64,000 nucleotides of DNA from an uncultured Pseudomonadota bacterium (GCA_963843375.1 CAWJKT010000010.1:32001-96000); one strand, 5' to 3'. Positions 1 through 11,717 are shown, counted from the first letter of the stretch. Notes: generated from the sequence alone by a model not told the origin. Numbers and translations: made by a program.

Positions 1-882
1 CTGGTCGGCCCCACCCTGCTGGCCCACGGGACACCCGAGCAGAAGGAGCGCTTCCTCCCCCGGATCCTCTCGGCGTCCGAGCTGTGGTGCCAGCTCTTCA
101 GCGAGCCCGACGCCGGGAGCGACCTGGCCTCGCTCACCACCCGCGCCGTTCCCGTCGAGGGCGGCTACCGGGTCAGCGGGCGCAAGGTCTGGACCTCCTA
201 CGCCCAGTTCGCCGACTGGGGCCTCTGCCTCACGCGGAGCGACCCCACCGCACCGAAGCGCCAGCAGGGCATCACCGCGCTCGTCATCGACATGCACGCC
301 GAGGGCGTCGTGGTGCACCCGCTCGTGCAGTCGACCGGCGAAGCCGAGTTCAACGAGGTCGAGCTGGACGACGTCTTCGTGCCCGACGACCGACGTGTCG
401 GCCCCGAGGGCGAGGGGTGGGGCGTCGCCGGGTCCACGCTGGCCCACGAGCGCGGCATCAACCCCCGCCAGCTGGTGATCCACACGCAGCTCATTGAGGA
501 GCTGCTCCGCCTGGCCGAGGCCAACGGGAGCTTCGACGATTGGCGCCTGCGCCAGTCCCTGGCGCAGGCCGCCACCGAGGTGCGGCTCTTCCAACTGCAC
601 AATTGGCGCTCGCTGACCCGCCTCTCCAAGGGCGAGGCGCCCGGCCCCGAGGGCAGCGCCCTCAAGCTCTACTGGAGCGAGATGTCCAAGCGGCTGCACC
701 AGACCGCGCTCGACGTGCTGGGCCCGGCCTCCCCCTTGTGGGAGGGGGCGGAGGGCAACCCCGCCGACGGCGCCTGGCAGCGTTCGTGGCTGTATTACCA
801 GGCATCGTCCATCTTCGCCGGGACCAACGAGATCCAGCGCACGCTGGTGGGCGAGCGGGTCCTCGGGCTCCCCCGGGGTTGA
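1..882 (+). CDS. Acyl-CoA dehydrogenase (5' partial)
   Basis: Frame 1 is open from base 1: WCQLFSEPDAGSDLASL, GRKVWTS, FNEVELDDV, IFAGTNEIQR. Confidence 0.93.
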   Translation: MVGPTLLAHGTPEQKERFLPRILSASELWCQLFSEPDAGSDLASLTTRAVPVEGGYRVSGRKVWTSYAQFADWGLCLTRSDPTAPKRQQGITALVIDMHAEGVVVHPLVQSTGEAEFNEVELDDVFVPDDRRVGPEGEGWGVAGSTLAHERGINPRQLVIHTQLIEELLRLAEANGSFDDWRLRQSLAQAATEVRLFQLHNWRSLTRLSKGEAPGPEGSALKLYWSEMSKRLHQTALDVLGPASPLWEGAEGNPADGAWQRSWLYYQASSIFAGTNEIQRTLVGERVLGLPRG

Positions 883-939
883 GCGTCACCGGGCGGCGCG
901 CGGCACGGCAGGATGGGCGACCGAGCAAGGATGGGTGAG

Positions 940-1783
940 ATGGCAGAGAACTTCGAGACGATCCTCTACGTGGTCGATGGTGCCGTGGCCACCATCACCA
1001 TGAACCGGCCGGACATGGCCAACGCGCAGGACTCGACGCTCATTGACGAGCTCGATGCCGCCTTCGACCTGGCCGACGCGGACGACGCGGTCCGGGTCGT
1101 GATCCTGGCCGGTGCGGGCAAGCACTTCTCCTCGGGCCATGACCTCAAGGCACTGGTCAGCGGTGACGGGTCCGACCCCTGGGTCGCCCTGCGGGAGACG
1201 CCCGAAGGCAAGTTCCAGCACGAGAAGACGATGTACTACGACCGCTGCATGCGCATCCACGACTTCCGCAAGCCGACCATCGCCGCCGTGCAGGGCAGCT
1301 GCGTTGCGGCCGGTCTGATGCTGGCGGCCATGTGCGACCTCATCGTCGCCGCCGACGACGCCGAGTTCTCCAACCCGGTCCTGCGCCTGACGGGGGCCGG
1401 CGTCGAGCTGCTGGTCGAGCCCTGGGAGCTCGGCATCCGCAAGGCGAAGGAGTTCCTGCTCACCGGCGACACCATCGACGCGCAGGAGGCCTGGCGCCTG
1501 GGGCTGGTCAACCGGGTGGTCCCCCGGCAACGAGCTCGAGACGAAGACGCGGGAGCTGGCGGACAGGATCGCCCTCGTCCCCCCGGTCACGGCCCAGACG
1601 GTCAAGGACAGCCTCAACCAGACCGGCACGCTCATGGGCAAGCGCGACGCGCTCAAGTACCACTTCATGGCCCACCACTGGGTGCACAACTCGGCCACCG
1701 CGCTCAACGCGCTCGCCGCCCGCAAGGCCAAGGGCTCCATGCGCGAGGTCATGGCCGAGCGCGACAAGGGTCACCCGGAATGA
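940..1783 (+). CDS. Enoyl-CoA hydratase/isomerase family (frameshift ~1528, probably a sequencing error)
   Basis: ATITMNRP, FSSGHDL, KPTIAAVQG..AAGLMLAAMCDL, IDAQEAWRLGLVNRVV; C-terminus continues in another frame to TGA at 1781-1783, which overlaps the next ATG. Confidence 0.88.
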
Positions 1784-2992
1784 GCGACCCGTCCCAGGGG
1801 CCGCTGGCCGGCATCCGGGTGATCGATGTCGGGACGCGGATCTCCGCACCGTTCTGCGCCGGGCTGCTCGGCGAGCTCGGCGCCGACGTCATCAAGGTCG
1901 AGCTGCCGGGCGAGGGTGACTTCATGCGCACGATCGGCCCGTTCGTCCCGGTGGAGGACGGCCCCGACTACTCGTTGTTCTGGGCCGTGGAGGGCCGGGG
2001 CCGGCGCGGCGTCACCTGCGACCTGCGCAAGCCCGAGGGCAAGGAGCTCTTCAAGCGCCTGGTGGCGACGGCGGACGTCCTGTGCGAGAACTTCCGCCCC
2101 GGCACCATGGAGCGCTGGGGTCTCGGCCCGGCCGACCTGCCCGACGAGCTCGTCTACGTGCGCATCAGCGTCTTCGGGCAGACCGGGCCCTACGCCCCGC
2201 GCCCGGGGTTGGACCGGCTCGGGCATCGCCTTCGGCGGGCTCCTCAACCTCACGGGCGATCCCGATCGCCCGCCCGTGCGGCCCGGCGTCACCGTCTCGG
2301 ACTACCTCACCGGCACCTTCGCCGCCTTCGCGGCGGTCGCCGCGCTGTACGGCCGGGACCAGGCAGGCCACGGGGGCGACGTCATCGACGCGCCGCTCTA
2401 CGGCTCCATCCTGCGCATTCTGGAGTGGACGCTGGCGGGGTACGACAAGCTGGGCATTGTGCGCCAGCGCGAGGGCAACCGGCTCTCGACCTCGGCCCCG
2501 CTCGACAACTACCCGACGGCGGACGGCCACTTCATCTGCATTGTGGCGGGCTCGGACGCCAACTTCCATCGCCTGTGCACGGCCATGGACCGGCCGGACC
2601 TGATCGAGGACCCCCGTTTTCTCACGCTGGCCGAGCGGGCGTCCCGCAGCGGCGAGATCAACGGCATCGTGGCCGACTGGACCTCGAGCCTTCCCGCCGA
2701 GGAGATCACGGCCCGCTGCGTCGAGCACGACGTCCCGGTCGGCACCGCCTACAGCGCCGCCGACATCTTCGCCGACCCGCACATGGCCGCCCGCGGCGAC
2801 CTCGTGGCCGTCGACGATCCGGTCATCGGGCCGGTCCGCCAGCAGGCGCCGTTTCCCCGCCTCGCCAACAGCCCGGCCGCCGTCCCGCGTGGCGCACCAC
2901 GGCTCGGCGAGCACAACCGCGAGGTCTGGTGCGACCTGGTGGGCCTCAGCGACGACGAGCTGGCCGACCTGGACTCCCGCGGCGTGATCTGA
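1780..2992 (+). CDS. CaiB/BaiF family III CoA-transferase (frameshift ~2221)
   Basis: PLAGIRVID, LGELGADVIKVE, ADVLCENFRPG, ISVFGQTGPY, C-terminal APRLGEHNREV. Confidence 0.9.
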
Positions 2993-3028
2993 GCCTCGAG
3001 CGGCCACGCAGAGACGTCGGACCGGGTG

Positions 3029-3372
3029 ATGGCCGAACGGAGCACACAAGAGCTTCTCGATGTCGAGCAGGAGAAGACGATGGCCCGCATTGCGGCGCTG
3101 ACCGCCGAGTTGGATGACATCGTCGCGGCGACGGCGGACGCCAACGTTGATGACGAACATGACCCCGAGGGATCGACGATCGCGTTTGAGCGAGCGAGAG
3201 TCTCCACGCTGTTGAGCCAGGGGCGTGCATACCTGGGAGAACTCGCACTCGCACAAGTCGGGTCGAGGACGGCACGTACGGAATGTGTGAGCATTGTGGG
3301 TCTGCAATCCCGCCCGAACGTCTGCGGGCGCGCCCCGTGGCCCGCACGTGCATCCAGTGCCCACCTCCGTAG
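3029..3372 (+). CDS. DksA/TraR C4 zinc-finger protein (frameshift ~3260)
   Basis: Coiled coil with DDEHDPEGSTIAFER, then GTYGMCEHCGSAIPPERLRARPVARTCIQC in a shifted frame. Confidence 0.85.
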
Positions 3373-3440
3373 GGTCAGACCTCTGACCCCCATGAGGCCT
3401 GGGCCCGTGCCGGCTCCTCCGCCGGATACGTTCTCGGTCC

Positions 3441-3954
3441 ATGGAACAGGCTCTGGCCGACCTCGTCGGTCCTGATCTGCGTGTCCTCTTCTGTGGCATC
3501 AACCCCGGGACGCTGTCGGGCGAGCTCGGCCTGCATTTCGCCCGGACGGGGAACCGATTCTGGAAGTTGCTCGCCGCCGGTGGGTTCACCGAATCGGTCC
3601 TCTCACCGGCGGAGCAGCAGATCCTGCCTGAGCTCGGGATCGGCATCACGAACCTCGTGGGGAGGGTGACTGCCGCCGCGAGCGAGCTCAGCAGCTCCGA
3701 GCTGCGCAAGGGCGCAGCGCAACTCGAAGCCAAGGTGGAGATCCTGCGGCCCCGCTGCGTCGCGGTGCTCGGGCTGCAGGCATACCGGACGGCCTTTCGC
3801 AGACCCGGAGCAACCATCGGTCCCCAGCCCGAACGCCCTCGGGGGCGCTCTGCTGTGGCTCCTCCCCAACCCGAGCGGCCTGCAGGCCCGCTATCAAGTC
3901 CCCGAGATGACCGACATGTTCAGAGCGCTCTTCGACGCCACCGAGGCGACCTGA
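3441..3954 (+). CDS. mug: G/U mismatch-specific DNA glycosylase (frameshift ~3840)
   Basis: VLFCGINPG, HFARTGNRFW, GITNLV, and WLLPNPSG in a shifted frame. Confidence 0.9.
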
Positions 3955-3965
3955 CTTCGACATCG

Positions 3966-5328
3966 TCAGGAGGCGAATCGGATGGTGACTGCCTTGGTAT
4001 CAGCCGGATTGGTCGAACTGGCGTTGTTCACCACGACGTAGCAGCTGTGTGCCGCGTCGCACACACCGTTGCCGATCGGTGCCGGTGCCGATGTGGAGGA
4101 GCACCGAGCCCGATCCCGTGGGGTCGGGATGCAGAATCGCCGCGTGGGCGAAGCTGCAGCCGGCTGAGCTGGCCGTCGAGATCTCCACCGTGGAGCACTC
4201 GAGGATGTTGACCACCTTGCCCGCGGTGTAGCCACTCCACCGAACGGTGACAGCCTGGCCGTCGCGGAGGCCGGTGTCGGGACTGACGGTGGCGTGGAGG
4301 TGGACCGCTGCGGCCTTGGGAAGGGGCAACGCGGCGCGCGATCCCTCAGCCCAGGCGGTGTGCACCGTCGACTGGGACGTCCGACCGTCGGTTGCCACGG
4401 CCTGCAGCGCTCCGTGCTGATGCTTGAGGTAGGCGTCGAAGAAGGCCGTCGTCGACGCAATGACTGCTCCCGAGGTCGGTCCGACCACCCCCGAGGCGGC
4501 CATGTGGGCAACCGACCCAGTCGTGTCTGAGCGAGCGTCCCAACTGAGCGCGAGCAACGCCTTGGGCCCACGCGCCTGGTTGAAGACGGCGACAGCATCG
4601 CCGTACGGAATGAGCCCATCGTGGAGATCCTGGACGATGAGCAGCGGCGGTGCCTCGGCCATGTCGTAATCGGCCGCTGCCCAGACCCTCGGTGGTGCCG
4701 GCCATGACGACCGCTGCCTTGACCCTGGTGTCACGGCAGCAGCTGTTCGCAATCAGGCCCAGCGTCGTGATGGCGCCGTTGGAATGGCCTGCGGCCCCGA
4801 TCTCGTTCGGGTCGATCAGGCCCGACAACGGCCCGTTCGGGGTGCTGTCGGCCTTGAGCACCTCGTCTATGACGAAGCTCATGTCACCGGGCTGGTTCCC
4901 GATGTCCCCGGCGTCGGCGCCGCCAGGCGTCTCACTGCTCGACAATGGGAACAACGGGAGCAGCCACCACGTAGCCCGCGGCCGCCCAGGCGGTCAGCAG
5001 TTTGCTGTACCCCTGGGGCGAACCCCCCAGCCCGTGGGCAAAGACGATCAGCGGGTAGGGAGCCTGACCCGACGTGTCTGGCCGATCCCGACCGCGCCGG
5101 ATACCAGATGGTCGTGACGAGCGTTCGGGATGGCCGTGCCGGCATGCCGTCCCAGGGCGGGGTGGACCTCGAGGTGTCGACGAAGGTCATCGTCATCTTC
5201 GCCACGGGCGCCGAGCTGGTTGCTCCGACGGCCTGCGTCGGCGCGGCGACTCCCGCCAAGGCGGTGGCGGGCAGGAGCAGGCCACAGGCAACTGCACCCA
5301 ACAGCGCCGTCCGCTGTATCGGCCTCAT
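3966..5328 (-). CDS. Secreted alpha/beta hydrolase with C-terminal neocarzinostatin-apoprotein-like domain (several frameshifts)
   Basis: Signal peptide MRPIQRTALLGAVACG; VDTSR..RTLVTTIWYP; NQPGDMSFVID; nucleophile motif GHSNG; C-terminal ATVSPDTGLRDGQAVTV..C..C..C..C. Confidence 0.7.
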
Positions 5329-5559
5329 CCCCTTCTCCCTCCCAGACGAGACGCCATCGTGCCACAAGCACTGCTTCGTCTCTCGGCCCGTCCCCTGGGG
5401 AGTTCAAGCCCTGTAGAAGCAGCTCTTGTACCAGCCGGGTGCGGGATCGCCGAGGAATGGCGGCGGGCAGATCAGGACGCCGTCGTAGCTGACGCCGGCG
5501 AGACCAAGTGTGCGTGTGGTGGCACAGCGGGACATCGCTGCGCCGGTCCTCCCCTACCG

Positions 5560-7051
5560 TCAGCCCGGCGTGCTGACGACCCGCCCGAAGTAGGTGGCGC
5601 CGCCGAAGGTGAAGATGCCGCCGTCGGCCGCCGCCATCCAGTACCCGTTGGTGGCATTGTCGGCCGCCATGCCCACGACCGGCGCCGCCAGGCTCAGGCT
5701 TCCGGTGCTGCCGTCGAAGGGCGCTTGCCCGTAGGTGAAGATGCCGCCGTCGGAGGCCACGAAGCGGTACCCCTGCCCGTTCGGCGACGCCTCCATGCCC
5801 ACGATGGGCTGGTTCAGGTGGATGCTCCCGGTGCTGCCGTAGAACGGAGCGTTGTAGCTGAAGATGCCGCCGTCGGTGGCGACCTCCCAGTAGCCGCCGG
5901 TGGCCGGGTCGGCGGCGATCCCGACGATGGGCTGGTTGAGGGGCTTGCCACCCATGGAGCCGAAGAATTCCGCGTCGCCGAAGCTGAAGATGCCGCCGTC
6001 GGAGGCCACCATCCAGTAGCCCTTGCCGTTGGGCGTGGTGGCGATGCCGACGATCGGCTTGTTGAGGCGCAGGGAGCCGGTGGACCCGTAGAACGTCGGC
6101 ATCGCCGAAGCTGAAGATGCCGCCGTCGGACCCGACCAGCCAGTAGCCCTTGCCGTCGGGCGTGGACGCCATGCCGACGATGGGCGAGTTGAGCTGACCG
6201 CTCAGGGAGCCGTAGTTCTGGGCGGAGCCGAAGGCGGCGACCGTGCCGTTCGCCTGCGTCTCCCAGTAGCCGGTGCCGTTGGGGGTCGGCGCGATGGCGA
6301 CCGTCCGCGAGCCGGACTGGACCGCGGAGGCGAGCTGGCTCCAGCTGTCCGTGATGTCAGTCGGCGGCGAGCACGAGCTGACGAAGATGGCGGCGATGGA
6401 GCCGCCCGAGGAGTCAGAGGAGAAGGCCGCCCCCATCGACAGGATCGGCGGGCCGCTCGGGCAGTTGGCGAACTCGTGCAGAATGATGTCGCGGTGGCCC
6501 CAGCAGCCGGACGGGCTCGACAGGCTGCAGGCCGAGTTGGTCGTCGACGAGCCGCTGTAGCCGTCGTCGTACATCCAGTAGTAGTCGGCCTCGAGCACCG
6601 AGGTCAGTCCGCCGGCCCAGATCGACCCGCCGTAGGTGATCGGGGCGCCGCCGGTGAGCGCCGTCGGAAAGCTCGGGTCGGTGCCGCCGTTGGCGCCGCC
6701 CTGCGCGTACCCGTCGAGCTGCGAGGTGATGTAGTCGATCGGCGGGAGGCCACGGTCGACGCGCTCGTCGTTCACCACCGTGAACACCTGCTGGTCGAGC
6801 GGCAGGGCATCGAAGGCCGCCTCCGACAGGTCCATGTCCCCGACGCCTTCCTGGCTGCGCCGCGCCGTCGATCGCGGTGAGCCAGTCGGAGCTGTCCGGC
6901 GGGATGTTGGCCGAAGGGTTGGAGGGCGGCAGAATGCCGGCGGCCGATGCGGGCGCACTGGTGATCACACCGGCGCCGGCCAGACTCAGGAGAGTGGCCG
7001 CGACGGGGAGGAGGAGTGTCGCGCTACGGCGCCTGGCACGCTGCGGTGCAC
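5560..7051 (-). CDS. Secreted CAP/SCP-like protein with six C-terminal GYW..SDGGIF repeats (frameshifts; start uncertain)
   Basis: Signal-like TLLLPVAATLLSLAGAG; VNDERVDRGLPP..WMYDDG..CWGHRDIIL; repeats PIVGMAxTPxGxGYWxVxSDGGIFSFG. Confidence 0.75.
5580..6305 (-). repeat. Six ~42-aa coding tandem repeats (probable beta-propeller)
   Basis: GAAGATGCCGCCGTCGG recurs on the + strand about every 125 nt. Confidence 0.85.
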
Positions 7052-7409
7052 GCTGGGATCCCCCTCTTCGACTGCTCGACGATGGAGTCAGTATCGGAAG
7101 GAATCCGGGCGCGGCGAATAGGACTTTTTGACTAAATATGAACTATTCCCGCAGGTCCAAGCCCTGTGGGCCTCGCCCACACACGTATTGGATCCGGCGC
7201 CGTCGCAACCGGGTCATCCGCTCCCTGCGACCCCCGTGCCGTGCTCAGAAATCCACGCACGCGGCAACCCGTGCAACCGGTCGGCGACGCCGTGGCAATC
7301 ACGACCACAACGGCGGTGGCGGTGACAACGGGGGCGCAATTGACGCACCCGAAATGCAACCCGGTCGTCGGTGATCAGCCCGAGGCGATGAGGCGCTCGA
7401 GCCGGCCCC

Positions 7410-8670
7410 TCAGCCCCGGGGAAGGCCGAGCACACGCTCGGCCACGATGTTGCGCTGGATCTCCGACGTCCCGCCGGCGATGGTGCCGGAGAAGGAACGC
7501 AGGTACTGCAGGGCCAACGCGCCGTCGTAGAACGAGCCGATCGCGCTCTCGCTCCGACCGGGCCGGCTCGAAGTGGGCGAGGTCCCACTCGGTGAAGCGG
7601 TTCGGGCCCGGGCCGTCGAGGTCGAGGCCCTCGAGGCCCAGCGCCTCCTGAGCCAGCAGGCAGGCCCGCTGCTCGGCCTCGCTGGTGAACAGCTTCAGCA
7701 CCATGTGCTCGGGCGACATCTCGCCCCGGGTCGCCTTGGCGAAGCCGCGGTAGCCGAGGCAGCGCATGGCCGCCGTGTCGGTGGCCAGCCGGCCGATGGC
7801 CTCGGCGAGGCGCGGGTCGTCGCCCAGGGTCCCGCCGCGGCCGTCGGGGCGCTGGGCCATGCGCACCAGTCCCTTCAGCGTGCGCTCCATCTTCGACACG
7901 TTCATGATCCAGAGCATGCCCCGCTCGTGGCGCAGCGAGCCCTGGCTCACCGCCCAGCCGTGGTTGCGCTCCCCCAGCAGGTTCTCCTCCGGCACCTCCA
8001 CGTCAGTGAAGAAGACCTCGTTGAAGTCGGCGTGGTGCGGGTCGGTCAGCTCGGGCAGCGGCCGGCAGGTGATGCCCGGCGTGCGCATGTCGATGATGAG
8101 CACGCTGATGCCGCGGTGCTTCGGCGCCTCGGGGTCGGTCCGCACGTAACACATGCAGTAGTCGGCCTCGTGGGCGCCCGACGTCCACACCTTCTGCCCG
8201 TTCACCACGAAGAGGCCGTCGCGCTCCTCGGCCCGCGTGGTCAGCGAGGCCAGGTCGCTCCCCGCGTTGGGCTCGCTCATGCCGAGGCACCACGTGATCT
8301 CGCCCTTCAGCGTCGGGAGGACGAAGCGCTCCTTCTGATCGTCGGTGCCGTACTCGACGATGGAGGCGGCACAGATGGAGAGGCCCTGCGGGTTGAGCGA
8401 ACGCGGCGCCATGCGCTCGGTGATGACCTCGAAGTAGGCCATCTGCTCTTTCGGGGTGGCGTTGCGGCCGCCCAGCTCGGGCGGCCACCCCGGCACGAGG
8501 TAGCCCGCCTCGAACAGCTCGCGCTGGAAGGTGCGGGCCCACTCCGGCAGGTGCGCCGAGGAACGGCGCTGCTCGTCGGCCATCGCCTCGGGTGCGGGCA
8601 GGTGCTCGTCCAGCCATGCTTCGAACTCGCGGCGGAACGCAGTCAGCGAGTCGTCAGGGGCGAGGCGCAT
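7410..8670 (-). CDS. Acyl-CoA dehydrogenase (frameshift ~7545)
   Basis: WCLGMSEPNAGSDLA, NGQKVWTSGA, FNEVFFTDV, TIAGGTSEIQRN in a shifted frame. Confidence 0.92.
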
Positions 8671-8679
8671 GGCCAACTA

Positions 8680-8693
8680 TGACACGGGCGTCA
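8680..8693. promoter_or_regulatory. TGAC-N6-GTCA palindrome (candidate operator)
   Basis: TGACACGGGCGTCA just upstream of the ACAD start at 8670. Confidence 0.55.
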
Positions 8694-9110
8694 TTCGGCC
8701 AGCGAGTCGCCGTCGTCCTCTTCCTGCGCGCTCGCCGAGCCCTGCTTGTAGCCGCGCCGGGCGGACGGCCACGCCTGAATGGCGAGCGCGATCCCGAAGG
8801 CCGGCTCGGTGAGGAGGATCGACCCGGCGATCTCGTCCCAGGTGGCGCCGACCTCGGCGGCCAGCCGGGCATGGCGCTGCACGCCGCCGGGCTGGCGGGC
8901 GATGACGGTGCACACCATGCGGATCAGCTCGTGCGTCTTGCGGTCGGGCGCGCGCAGCGAGTCGATGGAGGCCATCCATGCGTTCTGGGCCTGCAGGACG
9001 CCCGGGGCCCACTCGTGCAGGAAGCGCTCCGACGGAAAGGGCCACACGTCCTCCTGGACGTTGATGTCGAAGGCCTCGTCGGGTTCGCCTGGCGTCATGG
9101 CGTCGGTCAT
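8691..9110 (-). CDS. Carboxymuconolactone decarboxylase/AhpD-like protein
   Basis: PDRKTHELI...HARLAAEVGATWDEI. Confidence 0.8.
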   Translation of the reverse strand: MTDAMTPGEPDEAFDINVQEDVWPFPSERFLHEWAPGVLQAQNAWMASIDSLRAPDRKTHELIRMVCTVIARQPGGVQRHARLAAEVGATWDEIAGSILLTEPAFGIALAIQAWPSARRGYKQGSASAQEEDDGDSLAE

Positions 9111-9120
9111 CGTACCGGCC

Positions 9121-11388
9121 TCAGGAGCCGGGCTCGGGGTCGCGGGGCTGGCCGAGGATGCGCTCCGCGATCACGTTGCGCTGCACCTCGCTCGTGCCGC
9201 CGGCGATGGTGAGGCAGCGGGTGGAGAGGAAGCCCTCCTCCCAGCGCTGCGCCTTGCCGTCGAGCACCGCGCCGTCGGCGCCGTAGAGCGCCATCCCCAT
9301 CTCCTGCACACGCTGCTCGTGCTCCACGCCGAGCAGCTTGCGCACGCTGGTCCCGCTGCCGGGATCCACGCCCGAGAGCGTGCGCAGCGTGGAGCGGTGG
9401 CCGAGCAGGGCGATCGACTGCGCCTCGGCGATCAGGTGCCCCAGCCGCTCCTCCATGCTGGGCGGGCTCGGCTCGCCGCGCTCGCTCCGGCGCGCCACGG
9501 TCCGGATCAGCGACTCGACGCCGTGGCCGAAGGAGGCGCCCGACGACATGGAGACGCGCTCGTTGGCCAGCGTCGTCCGCCCGATGCGCCAGCCGTCCCC
9601 CGGCGCGCCGACCACGGCGTCGTCGGGGACGAAGACGTCGTTGAAGAAGACCTCGTTGAACATGGCGGCGCCGGTCAGCTCGCGCAGCGGCCGGATGTCG
9701 ATGCCCTCGGCGTGCATGTCGACGATGAAGTAGGTGATGCCGGCGTGCTTGGCCGCGTCGGGGTCCGAGCGGGCCAGGCAGATGCCGAAGTCGGCCATCT
9801 GGGCCAGCGACGTCCACACCTTCTGCCCGTTGAGGACCCAGCCGCCCTCGACGCGTTCGGCCCTGGTGCTCAGGGCGGCGAGGTCGGACCCCGCGCCGGG
9901 CTCGCTGAAGAGCTGGCACCAGTTGAGCCGGCCGTGCAGCGTCGGGCGCACCCAGCGCTCCTGCTGCTCCGCGGTGCCGTGCGCGATGAGCGTCGGCAGC
10001 GCCCACGCCCCGACCGCCAGGTGGGGGCGCGGGACGCCGGCGGCGGCCAGCTCCTCGTCGATGACGAGCTGCTCGAGGGGCGAGGCGCCCCGGCCCCACG
10101 GCGCGGGCCAGTGCGGCATGATCAGCCCCGCCTCGGCGATGGCGGCGCGCCGGTCGGCCTCCCCCGCCGCGGCGACCTCCGCCACGACCGCGCGGATCTC
10201 CTCGCGCAGCGACTCCGCCTCGGGCGGCAGGTCGGCGGCCAGGTTGCGCCGGGACCCGGCGATGGCCAGCGCGGCCACCTCGTGCTCGAGCGCGCCGACG
10301 TCGCCGCCGGCGACCAGCTGCAGGTTGGCCATGGCCCGCTTCAGGTAGAGGTGGGCGTCGTGCTCCCAGGTGAAGCCGATGCCGCCGAGAAGCTGAATGC
10401 ACTCCTTGGCGCAGTGCGCGGCCGCCCCGAGCGCCACGGCGCCGGCGATGCGCGCGCTGAGGTGGCGGTCCCGGGTCTCGTCGTCCGCACCGCTGTCGGC
10501 GTCATCCTCGCTCCAGGCGGCCGCGGCGTCCCAGGCCACCGCGGCGGACTGCTCGACCGCGACCAGCATGTCGGCCAGCGCGTGCTTGACCGCCTGGAAC
10601 TGGCCGATGGGCCGGCCGAACTGGACGCGCACCTTGGCGTACTCCGACGCCGTCTGCAGGCACCAGCGGGCGATCCCCGCGCTCTCGGCCGCGGCCAGCG
10701 TCAGGGCCAGGCCGCGCACGTCGTCGTCGGACACCATGACCTGCTCGTGCCGCGGCACCGTGACCCCGCCGCCGGCGATGGTCAGCTGCCCGACGGCGCG
10801 GGTGCCGTCGAGCGCCGGGAGCGCCTCGACGGAGACGGCGTCGCCGAGGGCCTCCCGGTCGAGCAGGAGCCAGCCGGTGCCGGTGCCGTAGTCGAGCGGC
10901 ACGAGGACCAGGCGGGCGGTGGGCAGCCCGAGCACCGGGCGCACCGTGCCCGCGAGGGAGAGCGCCCCGTCCTGCGCCGGCTGCCAGGGGTGGGCCGCCG
11001 CGCCCAGCGCCACCGCCGCCGTGATGGAGCCGTCGGCCAGGCCGCGGAGCCACTCCGGCGGCACGGCCGCCGGCCCGCGGGGCACGCGGGCCAGGGCGGC
11101 GGAGACCAGCACCGTCGGCAGCAGCGGTCCGGGGAAGAGGGCGTGACCGAGCTCCTCGAGCACGACGGCCAGCTCGGCCAGCGTGAAGCCCTGGCCGCCG
11201 TGCTCCTCGGGCAGGTGGAGGCCGAGCCACCCCTGGGCCGCCATCTTCTCCCAGGCGGCGGGCAGCTCCGCCGATCCGGGCGGGGCCTCGGCCACCTGCC
11301 GCGGCACCGCGGGCGGGCAGTGCGTCTGGGCCCAGCGCAGCGCGGTGGCGCGCAGGGACTCGTGGTCCTCGGTGACGGCGATCGGCAT
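9121..11388 (-). CDS. Two-domain acyl-CoA dehydrogenase (FadE34/FadE22-like, 755 aa)
   Basis: MPIAVTEDH start; RVQFGRPIGQFQAVKH and GGIGFTWEH, then a second ACAD module WCQLFSEPGAGSD...TIAGGTSEVQRN. Confidence 0.92.
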   Translation of the reverse strand: MPIAVTEDHESLRATALRWAQTHCPPAVPRQVAEAPPGSAELPAAWEKMAAQGWLGLHLPEEHGGQGFTLAELAVVLEELGHALFPGPLLPTVLVSAALARVPRGPAAVPPEWLRGLADGSITAAVALGAAAHPWQPAQDGALSLAGTVRPVLGLPTARLVLVPLDYGTGTGWLLLDREALGDAVSVEALPALDGTRAVGQLTIAGGGVTVPRHEQVMVSDDDVRGLALTLAAAESAGIARWCLQTASEYAKVRVQFGRPIGQFQAVKHALADMLVAVEQSAAVAWDAAAAWSEDDADSGADDETRDRHLSARIAGAVALGAAAHCAKECIQLLGGIGFTWEHDAHLYLKRAMANLQLVAGGDVGALEHEVAALAIAGSRRNLAADLPPEAESLREEIRAVVAEVAAAGEADRRAAIAEAGLIMPHWPAPWGRGASPLEQLVIDEELAAAGVPRPHLAVGAWALPTLIAHGTAEQQERWVRPTLHGRLNWCQLFSEPGAGSDLAALSTRAERVEGGWVLNGQKVWTSLAQMADFGICLARSDPDAAKHAGITYFIVDMHAEGIDIRPLRELTGAAMFNEVFFNDVFVPDDAVVGAPGDGWRIGRTTLANERVSMSSGASFGHGVESLIRTVARRSERGEPSPPSMEERLGHLIAEAQSIALLGHRSTLRTLSGVDPGSGTSVRKLLGVEHEQRVQEMGMALYGADGAVLDGKAQRWEEGFLSTRCLTIAGGTSEVQRNVIAERILGQPRDPEPGS

Positions 11389-11636
11389 TACGTACTCTCC
11401 TCGAGCGGGACCTCGGCGCCGTCGCGCCAGAGGGAGATGGCGCCGACCGGGCAGCCCTGCGCCGCGGTGCGGAGCCGCTCCTCGTCGGTGGCCGCGGCAT
11501 CCACGACGACGGCGTGGCCGTCGTCGCTCAGGTCGAAGGTCTCGGGGGCCCAGAAGACGCAGTTGCCCGACCCCATGCAGCGGTCCCAGTCGACCCGCAC
11601 GTCGAGCGGCCGCGGCTCGGCCGCGTCGTCCGCCAT
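11388..11636 (-). CDS. Ferredoxin (P450 redox partner type)
   Basis: VDWDRCMGSGNC...APETF...CPVGAI; adjacent to the P450. Confidence 0.9.
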   Translation of the reverse strand: MADDAAEPRPLDVRVDWDRCMGSGNCVFWAPETFDLSDDGHAVVVDAAATDEERLRTAAQGCPVGAISLWRDGAEVPLEEST

Positions 11637-11717
11637 CAGGCCGACCCCGGCACGACGCCGCTCTCGATGGCCGCTGCGTCCTGCAGCGGGTTGGCTCTGC
11701 CGCCCATGTGCCTGAAA

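Noticed and set aside
913..3117. 734-aa ECH-CaiB fusion in the ORF track
   Set aside because: An artefact of frameshifts; the ECH has its own TGA overlapping the CaiB ATG at 1780-1783.
7080..7400. c-di-AMP riboswitch upstream of the CAP protein
   Set aside because: No ydaO consensus blocks found.
8779..11715. Long + strand ORFs antisense to the ACAD genes
   Set aside because: Shadow ORFs typical of high-GC DNA; no motifs.
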